A stretch of 62,859 bases of DNA, filler included, from Dicyema japonicum (taxonomy: Eukaryota; Animalia; Dicyemida), in NCBI GenBank assembly GCA_011109175.1. It is 6 parts of 6 records of this genome, joined end to end, with 100 filler letters (N's around TTAATTAATTAA, not from the genome) between each part and the next. Parts side by side here need not be neighbours in the genome. Positions count along the whole stretch, not along the records: positions 60,922 to 62,859 come from RDEW01000084.1; 5 more parts are not named here. One strand, written 5' to 3'. How positions within the stretch are numbered: position 1 is the first letter of the stretch; each line of letters starts with the position of its first letter. A program made the translations under genes and the position numbers. Positions 62,424 through 62,859 of the stretch are shown piece after piece. The notes under the pieces were generated by a model that had not been told where the DNA came from, searched no databases, and saw nothing but the letters and a program-made list of their open reading frames with translations.

Positions 62424-62859
62424 TTTGCTATGTATAAAAATGAATCAGTGTCTACGTGGTTGATGCACTTGGAAATTGACGATAACCTTAAATATCGTCT
62501 TTCAAAACTCAGAAATCTCAGGTTTCTTCAACCGATATTTGCGAAAAACCATTTTATATGCTGAATATGTAAGGCTGAATATATAAAAGGATGATCATTT
62601 TAAGACAAATGATTCAAACTTAATATAATACTATCTTTTAAAATGCACTAAAAACCAAACTAGAATTACTACAAGATTTTTACATACACAAGTATAATAA
62701 AATTTGTTAGGTACAAAAGAGATTATACTCACGTCCAAACGTTATGGAGACCTATTATTGATAAATTCCTGATTTTATGTTTGTCGCAATAGCATGGAAT
62801 TAATGACATTAATCAAAAAATCCACTTAATTTAAATTAAAATACGATTTCGTCGGTTGC

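Overview
AT-rich eukaryotic sequence, most likely a genome-reduced metazoan such as a dicyemid or myxozoan parasite (inferred from Integrator subunit 6, syntaxin-1 and 22-28 nt introns at animal-conserved positions; not proven). The window is at least six contigs joined by artificial 44N-TTAATTAATTAA-44N linkers, plus one 951-N gap, so adjacency across those joins is not evidence. Three host genes are recognisable: a complete syntaxin-1 (8 introns of 23-28 nt), a complete INTS6 (11 introns, nine of 22-26 nt) and the first exon of SMC4. There is also one orphan ORF. The rest is largely transposon debris: CRE-clade and R4-like restriction-like-endonuclease retrotransposons, I/Jockey-group and RTE-like LINEs, pogo/Tigger, Tc1 and hAT DNA transposons, a tRNA-headed SINE family and unclassified short repeats. 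Top observations: (1) an I/Jockey-group LINE with a twin-priming-type 5' inversion (one TSD around both arms, 20-nt junction duplication, 3-nt priming microhomology), nested in a Tigger element and carrying a hAT MITE; (2) a short repeat family with a 62-nt segment that folds in HDV-ribozyme pairing order; (3) CRE retrotransposons with an N-terminal PHD finger; (4) micro-introns with an apparent floor near 22 nt; (5) a SINE insertion whose empty site is also in the window. All homology calls are manual motif recognition; no database search was run.
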